Shown here: in pieces, positions 1-7,502 of the stretch
Numbering within the stretch: position 1 is the first letter of the stretch
Layout of the letters: each line of letters starts with the position of its first letter
Assembly: GCA_963666565.1 (NCBI GenBank)
Contig: OY762911.1
Span: forward strand, 2,240,001 to 2,304,000
Source of the DNA: Thermoanaerobaculia bacterium
Lineage (GTDB): Bacteria; Acidobacteriota; Thermoanaerobaculia; Multivoradales; Multivoraceae
Direction: 5' to 3'
Length of the DNA stretch: 64,000 nt
Position numbers and translations under genes: made by a program
Notes under the pieces: model-generated
Databases searched by the model: none
What the model saw: the letters and a program-made list of their open reading frames with translations, nothing else
Told to the model about the DNA's origin: nothing

Positions 1-2097
1 CACGTTCCCCGGCTTGATCGGACCGAAGCGGGCCGCGAGTTCGAGCCGGGACACGGGCGACGAGACCGCCACGCGGTCGCCGTCGGCGATCCCCCTGGCC
101 CGGCCGTCTTCCGCGTTCATCAGCAGGTCGGCGCGCTCCAGGCCGGTCAGCGCGTCGCGTTCCCCGTGGACCATCGAGTTGAACTGGCGGCCGCGGCGGG
201 TCGAGAGGAAGAGCGCGCCGGCCTCCAGCGCGCGGCCGGCCGGCGGCGTCACGGCGTGGAAGCGGGCCCGGCCGGAAGGCGTGGCGAACCGGCCGCCCTC
301 GAACAGGCGCTCGCTGCCCCACTGGAACTGGTCGCCCTTGCGCCGCAGGTTCTCGATGCCGGCGTAGCGGGGCTCGGCGCGGGCGATCTCGTCGCGGATT
401 GCCGCCGTGTCCGCGAAGTCGAGCGCCCCGGCGGGTTCGGGCCGCGCCCGGCCGACGATCTCGCACAGGACCTCCCACTCGGGCCGGACCTCGCCAAGCC
501 GCCTCGCCTCGCCGCCCCGGTAGCCGATCGGCGGCGAGAAGACGATGCGTCTCTCCGTCGTCGTCTCGGTCACGCCGCCGGGGATCTCGTAGCGGGTCGC
601 CGCCGGCAGCAGCAGCACGGTGTCGCTCGGATCGACGAGCATCGCGCTGCTGAGCAGGATGTCCTGGTGGATCCGGAGCGCGGGCCGGTGCAGCGCGCGC
701 TCGACCCGCTCCCGGTCGGGCGCCGTCTCGAGAAAGTTGCCGCCGAGGATCCAGAACGCGTCGATGCCGCCTTCGGCCGCGGCCTCGATCTGGCCGGTGG
801 CGGCCAATCCGGGGCCGCGTGGCGGCTCGAAGCCCCAGACCTCGGCCCAGCGGTCGAGCGTCGCGGCTTCCGTCGCCGGCGCGCAGCCGACCTCGGACCC
901 GCCCTGCACGCCGGAGTGGCCGCGGATGGGAACGAGGCCGGCGCCGGGCCGGCCGGGGAGGCCGCGCATCAGGCCGAGGTTGCAGAGCGCGAGCACGGTA
1001 TCGACGCCGTGCCGGTGCTGGGTGAGGCCCATCGACCAGACGAGGATCGTCTTCGGCTTTGCGCACAGGAGCGCGGCGAACCGTTCCATCTCGGCGCGGG
1101 AGGCGCCGCTGGCCGTTTCCAGCTCGCTCCAGGACGCGCTCCGCAGCGTCGCTTCGAGGGCCTCGAAGTCCTCGGTGGAGCGCTCGACGAAGCCGCGGTC
1201 GACGCCGCCGGGCAGGTCGAGGAGAGCCTTCATCGTGCCGTTCAGGAACGCGAGGTCGCCGCCGGTATCGACCGCGAACCAGTGGCTGGCCAGGTCGGTG
1301 CCGAAGACCGCGCTCGAAGCGACCGAGGGCACCCAGTAGCGCTCCAGGCCCGGCTCGCGGTACGGGTTGACGACCGCGATCTCGGCGCCGCGCCGGCGCG
1401 CGAAGTGGAGGTACTTGACGGTCACCGGCTGGTTGTTCGGCACGTTCGAGCCGAAGAAGACGATCAGGTCCGCGTCGAGCCAGTCGCGGTAGGAGTTCGT
1501 CGCGGCGCCGACTCCCAGGGAGCGCGTAAGGGCGATCGTCGAGGCCGCGTGGCAGAGGCGGGCCGCCGTGTCGACGTGCGGCGTGCCGAAGAAGCGGGCC
1601 GCCTTCTGGGCGACGTAGTACGTCTCGTTCGGGATGCCGCGCGAGGTCAGGAAGAAGGCGGCGCGCGCCGGGTTGCGCTCGCGGACCTGGGCCAGCCCGG
1701 ACGCCGCTACGTCGACCGCCTCGCGCCAGGAGATGCGCCGGAATCCCGGCTCGCCGGCCCGCCGGATCATCGGATGGGCGAGCCGCCCCAGGCCGCGCAG
1801 CGCCGTCGAGCCGCGGGCGGCCAGCGCCCCGGCGTCGGCGAGGACCGCCGGGTCGAGCGCGGGCATCGTGTTCAGTCGCAGCAGGTCGAGCCGCACCATG
1901 CACAGATGCACCCCGTCCAGCGTCCAGTCCCGCAGCCCGGAGGTCCCCAGCGCGCACCCGTCGCAGACCCCGTCGCGCAGGATGCGCCACGCGTAACCGG
2001 CCTCGTCCCGGTTGCGCCAGGCCACCTTCCCCATCTCCAGGTAGTGGCGCGGCTTGGTCTGGCCCAAGCCGAAGGGGGTCCGCAAGCTGGGACTCAC
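1..2097 (-). CDS. FdhF/YdeP-family molybdopterin oxidoreductase alpha subunit (3' end outside window)
   Basis: Absent from the ORF track because there is no stop in the window. Reverse translation from GTG 2097: PFGLGQTKPRHYLEMGKVAWRNRDEAGYAWRILRDGVCDGCALGTSGLRDWTLDGVHLCMVRL; later FGTPHVDTAARLCH (Cys at the active-site position) and GLMPIRGHSGVQG. Confidence 0.88.
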   Translation of the reverse strand, partial: MSPSLRTPFGLGQTKPRHYLEMGKVAWRNRDEAGYAWRILRDGVCDGCALGTSGLRDWTLDGVHLCMVRLDLLRLNTMPALDPAVLADAGALAARGSTALRGLGRLAHPMIRRAGEPGFRRISWREAVDVAASGLAQVRERNPARAAFFLTSRGIPNETYYVAQKAARFFGTPHVDTAARLCHAASTIALTRSLGVGAATNSYRDWLDADLIVFFGSNVPNNQPVTVKYLHFARRRGAEIAVVNPYREPGLERYWVPSVASSAVFGTDLASHWFAVDTGGDLAFLNGTMKALLDLPGGVDRGFVERSTEDFEALEATLRSASWSELETASGASRAEMERFAALLCAKPKTILVWSMGLTQHRHGVDTVLALCNLGLMRGLPGRPGAGLVPIRGHSGVQGGSEVGCAPATEAATLDRWAEVWGFEPPRGPGLAATGQIEAAAEGGIDAFWILGGNFLETAPDRERVERALHRPALRIHQDILLSSAMLVDPSDTVLLLPAATRYEIPGGVTETTTERRIVFSPPIGYRGGEARRLGEVRPEWEVLCEIVGRARPEPAGALDFADTAAIRDEIARAEPRYAGIENLRRKGDQFQWGSERLFEGGRFATPSGRARFHAVTPPAGRALEAGALFLSTRRGRQFNSMVHGERDALTGLERADLLMNAEDGRARGIADGDRVAVSSPVSRLELAARFGPIKPGNV

Positions 2098-2128
2098 GAG
2101 AGGATCATAGAAGAGCGAGGGCGCTAGA

Positions 2129-3997
2129 GTGTCGCCGGTGCGGATCTTCCGGGTCGTCGTGTTGGCTGTGGCGCTCCCGCCGGGCGCTGCCCTGGCGCAG
2201 AGCGGGCAGGCGGAAGTCGTTCCCGCCTTCGGGCCGGAGAACTTCGCGGTCGCGGTCGATCCGCGGGCCGACGGCTGGGACACCGAGGCGCTCAGCGAAC
2301 GGGCCGAGGCGCAACTCAAGAAGGTGGCCGGGTGGCTTGCGGAGGTCGCCGCGGGCGGGGCCGATGCCGTGCCGTCCGGCGAGGTCGCGCGGGTCGTCGA
2401 TCCGGGTTTCGAGTCGGACGGGTTCGTGCCGTCCTTGCGCTCGACGGCGAGCGCGCGGGCCGGTTCGCGCGCGGCGCGAGATGGCGCCGCGCAGGCTCCC
2501 GGCGAACTGACCGCGCGCTACCGGGGGCCGGCGTTCACCGTCGAGAGCGGGAGCGTCAGCGGCGCGGACGGGGCCTACCGAGGCGCCGAGGGGTTCCGGC
2601 GGACCCTCGGGGCGCTCGCGGAGCGGCTGGCCGGAAGCGGCCCGCCGCGGGCGGACTTCAAGCTCTACTCGATCGACGCCGGGTCGGCCGGCTTCACGAC
2701 GCTCGCGTACTTCGAGGCTTCGGTTGCCGGAGCGGGCGGCAGCCGCCAGTTGAACTCGGTCTGGTCCACGGTCTGGGGTTTGCCGGCCGACGGCGACGGC
2801 GAGCCGCTGCTGCTGCGGGTGGAGGTCGAGGGCTACGAGGAAACGGAGGCGCCCGGCGGCCCCCTCTTCGTCGACGTCACGGAATCCGCGGTCGGCCACA
2901 ACCCGAGCTACCGCGAACAGCTCCTGCAGCCGCCGGACGCCTGGCTCAACCGGATCACCAAGGCGGCCGGCTACAACAAGACCGGCTGGCAGGGGATCTC
3001 CGTCGCCGATGTGAACGGCGACGGGCTGGACGACATCTTCCTGCCCGAGCAGGGCGGCCTGCCGAACCGGCTCTACGTGCAGAATCGGAACGGCACGTTC
3101 GACGATCGCTCGGCGGAAGCGGCCGTGGACTACCTGGAGCGTGCGCTGGCCGGCCTGTTCGTCGACCTGGACAACGACGGCGACCCGGACCTGGTGCTCT
3201 CCAGCCGGCCGGCCGTACTGGTCCTGGAGAACGACGGCAGCGGCCGCTTCGCCCGGGTGCGCCACGTCGCCGGCGACATCCCCGACGGCAACTCGCTCTC
3301 GGCCGCCGACTACGACAACGACGGCGACCTCGATCTCTACGTCTGCGCCTACCGCCGCGCCTACGACGAGCGCGGCGTGGCGAGCCCGGTCCCCTACCAC
3401 GACGCGAACAACGGCGGCCGGAACGCGCTGCTCCGCAACGACGGCGGCTTCCGGTTCGTCGACGCGACGGCGGAGACCGGGCTCGACGCGAACAACCGCC
3501 GTTTCAGCCTGGCTGCCGCCTGGGAGGACGTGGACGGCGACGGCGATGCCGACCTCTACGTGGCGAACGACTACGGCCGCAACAACCTGTACCGCAACGA
3601 CGGCGGCCGCTTCGTGGACGTGGCGGGGGAGGCGGGCGTCGAGGACATCTCGTCCGGCATGTCGGTGAGCTGGGCGGACTACAACCGGGACGGCCGGATG
3701 GACCTCTACGTCGGCAACATGTTCTCGGCCGCCGGCAACCGGATCACCTACCAGCGGAAGTTCGAGCGCGACCGCCAGCGCGCCGGGCCGCTGGCCGACG
3801 TGCAACGGATGGCGCGGGGCAACTCCCTGTTCGCGGGTGCTTCGGGCGGCGGCTTCGTCGACCGCAGCGTCGAAGCGAACGTGACGATGGGCCGCTGGTC
3901 CTGGTCGTCCGTTTTCGCCGACATCGACAACGACGGCTGGGAGGATCTGGTGGTCGCCAACGGCAACCTGACCCAGACCCTCCCGGACGACCTGTGA
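2129..3997 (+). CDS. Exported FG-GAP/VCBS-repeat (CRTAC1-like) protein; probably the N-terminal part of a UGA-readthrough selenoprotein
   Basis: Signal-peptide-like N-terminus (start may be GTG 2138); repeated DxNxDGxxDL motifs; ends PDDL-TGA in frame with the next ORF. Confidence 0.9.
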   Translation: MSPVRIFRVVVLAVALPPGAALAQSGQAEVVPAFGPENFAVAVDPRADGWDTEALSERAEAQLKKVAGWLAEVAAGGADAVPSGEVARVVDPGFESDGFVPSLRSTASARAGSRAARDGAAQAPGELTARYRGPAFTVESGSVSGADGAYRGAEGFRRTLGALAERLAGSGPPRADFKLYSIDAGSAGFTTLAYFEASVAGAGGSRQLNSVWSTVWGLPADGDGEPLLLRVEVEGYEETEAPGGPLFVDVTESAVGHNPSYREQLLQPPDAWLNRITKAAGYNKTGWQGISVADVNGDGLDDIFLPEQGGLPNRLYVQNRNGTFDDRSAEAAVDYLERALAGLFVDLDNDGDPDLVLSSRPAVLVLENDGSGRFARVRHVAGDIPDGNSLSAADYDNDGDLDLYVCAYRRAYDERGVASPVPYHDANNGGRNALLRNDGGFRFVDATAETGLDANNRRFSLAAAWEDVDGDGDADLYVANDYGRNNLYRNDGGRFVDVAGEAGVEDISSGMSVSWADYNRDGRMDLYVGNMFSAAGNRITYQRKFERDRQRAGPLADVQRMARGNSLFAGASGGGFVDRSVEANVTMGRWSWSSVFADIDNDGWEDLVVANGNLTQTLPDDL

Positions 3998-4025
3998 AGC
4001 TTTTTCTGGCGGCAGGTCGTGCCGC
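3995..4025 (+). promoter_or_regulatory. In-frame UGA plus candidate bacterial SECIS hairpin
   Basis: TGA 3995-3997, 11-nt spacer AGCTTTTTCTG, then stem GCGGCA (4009-4014), loop GGTCG, stem TGCCGC (4020-4025); spacing and GCAGGUC apex resemble the E. coli fdhF SECIS. Confidence 0.7.
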
Positions 4026-6466
4026 GCGCGCCCGGGGTTCTGGATGACGGCTCGCCGGACGACCGGTCGCTGGAGCCCTATCTCGACGCGCTGCGCGCGC
4101 TCCACGAACGGCTGGACGAGGGCCTCTCCTTCAGCGGCAGCGAACGGAACTGCGTCTTCCTGAACCTGGGGAACGCCGGGCCGAACCGGGGCGGCGCTGG
4201 CAGCGCGGGCGGCGCTTTCGCCAACGCCTCGGCGGTGAGCGGCCTGGACTTCCCTGACGACGGGCGCGGCGTCGCCTTCCTCGACCTGGAGGGCGACGGC
4301 GACCTGGACGTGGCGCTCGGCAACCGGACCGCGCCCCGGCTGCGGTTGATGCGGAACGAACTGCCGGCGGGCGACCGGTTCGTGGCGCTGCGCCTGGAAG
4401 GCGACGGCGCCGGCACGAACCGGGACGCGGTGGGCGCGCGGGTGGAACTGGCGACGACGGACGGTGTCCTGCGGCGCTCGGTGCGCGCCGGCGAGGGCTT
4501 CCTCTCGCAGTCCAGCCGCTGGCTGCACTTCGGCCTGGGCGACGCGGACGTGGCGAGCGGCGTGACGGTCCACTGGCCCGGCGGCGCCGGCGAGACGTTC
4601 GCCGGCGTCGAGGCCGGCGGCCGCTACCGGATCGTCCAGGGCAGCGGCCGGGCGGAGGCGGCGCCCGCGCCGGCGCGGCGGACGCCGCTCGAGCCGCGGG
4701 ACCAGGCGCCGCCCGCGCCGAGCACGGGTTCCCGCGTCGTGCTGGCGCCGCGGCCGCCGGCGCCTTCCTTCACGCTTCGCCCCTTCGGCGCCTCGGAACC
4801 GGTCCCGGTCGAGGCGGGCCGCGGCCGGCCGGTGCTGCTCAACGTCTGGGCAAGCTGGTGCGCTCCCTGCCGGTCGGAACTGCGGGACCTGGCGACCGAG
4901 GAGGACGCGCTGCGCGCCGCGGGCCTGGAGGTCGCGGCCGTTTCGACAGACGGGATGGGCGAGGTGCCCGGCACGACGGAAGAGGCGGCGCGGAAGTTCA
5001 TGGACGAGGTCGGCTTCCCGTTCCTGAACGGAATGGCGACCGAGGAGACGCTGGACAAGGTCGAGATCGTCAAGAGGTCGCTCTTCGACCGCCGCTTCCC
5101 GCTGTCGCTGCCGTTCTCCCTGCTGATCGACGGCGAGGGCCGGGTCGCCGCGCTCTACCGGGGCGGCGTGGCCGCGGACGATCTGCTTACGGATCTCGAA
5201 CTGCTGGACGCGCCGGCTGCCGACCTGCGGACCGAGTCGGCGCCGTTCCCCGGCCGCTGGTACACCGATCCCCCGGAAGAGGTGTCGCTCGCGAGCTACG
5301 CGCGCTGGTACGAGGAGCGGTTCCCCGCCGAGTCGGTGGCCCTGCTGCGGCGCTCCGTGGAGGTCGAGCGGGCGCTCCTCGGCGCCGCCGGCGCGGCCTC
5401 GTTCGAGCGGCAGGGCGCGCGGGACCGCTTGTTCAGGTCGCTCCGGCGGCTGACCGTGCTGGAGAGCCGGGGCGGGAACGGCGAGGCCGCGGCCCGCTAC
5501 GCCCGCGCCGCCCTCGACCTGGAACCGGACGACCCGGCTGCACGGGCGGCTTACGAGAACGCCCGGGTCGACGCCGGCGACGTGGACGCCGTGCGCGCGG
5601 AAGTCGAGGCCGCGCTCGCGGCCGACCCTGGCAACGTCGCCGCCCGGGTCCGGCTGGCCGAACTGCTCGACGCCGAGGGCCGCACGGGCGAGGCGGTGCG
5701 GGAGCTCGGCCGCGCCGTCGACCGGAGCCCGCGCGACGTGGAACTGCGTTACCTCTACGGCCAGTTGCTCGGCAAGGCGGAGCGCCTGCGGGAGGCGATG
5801 GAGCAGTTCGCGGCGGTCGTCACCCTCGACCCGCGCCACGTCGAAGCGCACCGGGTCCTGGCGGAAGCCGCCGTGCGCAGCGACGAACTCGGGGCCGCCT
5901 GGGGCCACTACCGTGCGATCCTCGACGTCGAGCCGCGGGACGTGGAGGCGCTCTACGGCGCGGCCCGCATCGCCGCCGCCGCGGGCCGCCTGGACGAGGC
6001 CATCGACGGCTACCGGGCGCTTCTGGAACACGAACCCGGCCACGCGGCGGGCCGCCACGAACTCGGCCTCGCCCTGATCCGCGGCGGCCCCGCCGGCGCC
6101 GCCGAGGGCGCGGAACACCTCCGCCGCGCCTACGTGGAGGACCGGAACCTCCTGGCGCGAGGCAACGACATTGCCTGGACCCTGGCCACCCACCCGGACG
6201 CCGGCCGGCGCGACGGTCAGCTCGCCCTCCTGATCGCCCTGGAACTGAACGCCGTCGCCGGCGGCGCCGAGCCGGCCCTGCTTGAGACCCTGGCCGCCGC
6301 CCAGGCCGAGACCGGCGACTTCGAGACGGCGGCGCGGACCGTCGAGTCGGCGCTCCGGATCGTCGGCGCCGCGGAGGGCGCCTCGTCCGACCGGGAGCGG
6401 TTGATCGAGATGCTGAGGCGGAGACTCGAGCAGTACCGGCACGGGATCCCCGCGCGGGGCCGGTAG
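3998..6466 (+). CDS. ASPIC/UnbV + TlpA-like redoxin (WASWCAPC) + TPR repeats; probable C-terminal part of the 2129-6466 protein
   Basis: Same frame as 2129; reads SFFWRQVVPR right after the TGA; SFSGSERNCVFLN, GEGFLSQSSRWLHFGLG (ASPIC/UnbV), CxxC motif, TPR-like helices. ORF track start 4019 has no RBS. Confidence 0.88.
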   Translation, partial: SFFWRQVVPRAPGVLDDGSPDDRSLEPYLDALRALHERLDEGLSFSGSERNCVFLNLGNAGPNRGGAGSAGGAFANASAVSGLDFPDDGRGVAFLDLEGDGDLDVALGNRTAPRLRLMRNELPAGDRFVALRLEGDGAGTNRDAVGARVELATTDGVLRRSVRAGEGFLSQSSRWLHFGLGDADVASGVTVHWPGGAGETFAGVEAGGRYRIVQGSGRAEAAPAPARRTPLEPRDQAPPAPSTGSRVVLAPRPPAPSFTLRPFGASEPVPVEAGRGRPVLLNVWASWCAPCRSELRDLATEEDALRAAGLEVAAVSTDGMGEVPGTTEEAARKFMDEVGFPFLNGMATEETLDKVEIVKRSLFDRRFPLSLPFSLLIDGEGRVAALYRGGVAADDLLTDLELLDAPAADLRTESAPFPGRWYTDPPEEVSLASYARWYEERFPAESVALLRRSVEVERALLGAAGAASFERQGARDRLFRSLRRLTVLESRGGNGEAAARYARAALDLEPDDPAARAAYENARVDAGDVDAVRAEVEAALAADPGNVAARVRLAELLDAEGRTGEAVRELGRAVDRSPRDVELRYLYGQLLGKAERLREAMEQFAAVVTLDPRHVEAHRVLAEAAVRSDELGAAWGHYRAILDVEPRDVEALYGAARIAAAAGRLDEAIDGYRALLEHEPGHAAGRHELGLALIRGGPAGAAEGAEHLRRAYVEDRNLLARGNDIAWTLATHPDAGRRDGQLALLIALELNAVAGGAEPALLETLAAAQAETGDFETAARTVESALRIVGAAEGASSDRERLIEMLRRRLEQYRHGIPARGR

Positions 6467-6494
6467 TGCCGGCGGGGAGGGGCGGGCCGGGTGG

Positions 6495-6595
6495 CCTATA
6501 CTCCGCGCCGTGATCCCCGTTGGTCTGGCGGGAACCCAGGTCGGGTTACTCGCCGAATACAAGAGTCCGCTGTACCCGGCAAGGGGTAGCTCCCC
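6495..6595 (+). other. Conserved ~100-nt element with a -10 box (copy 1); putative structured RNA or leaderless leader
   Basis: TATACT 6497-6502, then GTGATCCCCGTTGG...GCCGAATACAAGAG...GGGTAGCTCCCC; second copy at 12049-12152. Confidence 0.55.
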
Positions 6596-6651
6596 AAGCC
6601 CAGGGCGAATAGGCGAGAACGTCGTGCTCGTCAGACAGCGCGGGGATCACA

Positions 6652-7362
6652 ATGGCCCGACGCCAGTTCCGGCGTCGGGACCTCGACGTAGGAGTGATCC
6701 CCATGCGTCGTACTCGCGCCGCGAGCGCCGTCCTGATCGAACACCTGATCGACGGAGCGAACCACGTCGGCCACCTCCACGTGGACTCCGAGGGCAGGAT
6801 CCTGGAGCGGAACGCCCGTGCCCGGGAGTTTCTGAAGAGCGGGCGGGGCGTTCGAGAGCGCCGCGGCCGCCTGACGGCCGCCAGTCCCGAGGACGCTGAA
6901 GCGCTCGAACGCCTGCTGGCGGACGCGTCGCAAGGCGCCGGCCGGACGTCCGTCGCCTTCGGCACGCCGGAGGGCCGTCGCGTGGTCGTCCACCTGGCGC
7001 CGGTCGTCGACGGCGCGGCCCATGACTGCGGCGTCGACGGGCAGCGGGCCGCGGCGTGCGTCCTGCTGGTCGATCCGTGGGGCGAGATCTCCCTGAACCC
7101 CGAGACCCTGGTGGACGCGCTGGGACTCACGCGGGCGCAGAGCCGCGTGGTTGCCGATCTCGTTCGAGGTATGACCACTCGGGAGATCGCGGAGGCGACG
7201 GCGCGGACCCACGGGGCCGTGCGGTGGCACGTCAAGCGGGCTCTTGAGAGGACCGAGGTGCGGAGGCAATCCGATCTGGTTCGGCTGGCGGTGGCCGCGA
7301 CTTCACTTCGGCTCGTGGATCGGGAGGCGGACACATCCTCCCGTCCCTGCCCATTCGGGTAG
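6652..7362 (+). CDS. LuxR-type HTH transcriptional regulator with PAS-like N-terminal region
   Basis: C-terminal LGLTRAQSRVVADLVRGMTTREIAEATARTHGAVRWHVKRALERTEVRRQSDLVRL; N-terminal DSEGRILERNARA. Confidence 0.82.
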   Translation: MARRQFRRRDLDVGVIPMRRTRAASAVLIEHLIDGANHVGHLHVDSEGRILERNARAREFLKSGRGVRERRGRLTAASPEDAEALERLLADASQGAGRTSVAFGTPEGRRVVVHLAPVVDGAAHDCGVDGQRAAACVLLVDPWGEISLNPETLVDALGLTRAQSRVVADLVRGMTTREIAEATARTHGAVRWHVKRALERTEVRRQSDLVRLAVAATSLRLVDREADTSSRPCPFG

Positions 7363-7502
7363 CGACAAGCCGGCGGCGCGCGTGGAACGCTCCCCGGCTT
7401 GAACGTCAGCCTTTGCTGCCCGCGCTGGGCAGGAAGCCGTCGAACCCACGAGGTGGGAAAGAGAGCGGTACCGACAACCGGTTCGCCGCGCTGGAGACCG
7501 TC

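Noticed and set aside
1540-1600. Selenocysteine in the FdhF-like enzyme
   Set aside because: The active-site codon is TGC (ARLCH).
6495-6640. 5S rRNA, c-di-AMP riboswitch, SRP or tRNA-Sec identity for the duplicated element
   Set aside because: Only short words match (GCCGAA(C/T)AC, GGGAACCCA); overall order and the remaining conserved motifs are absent.
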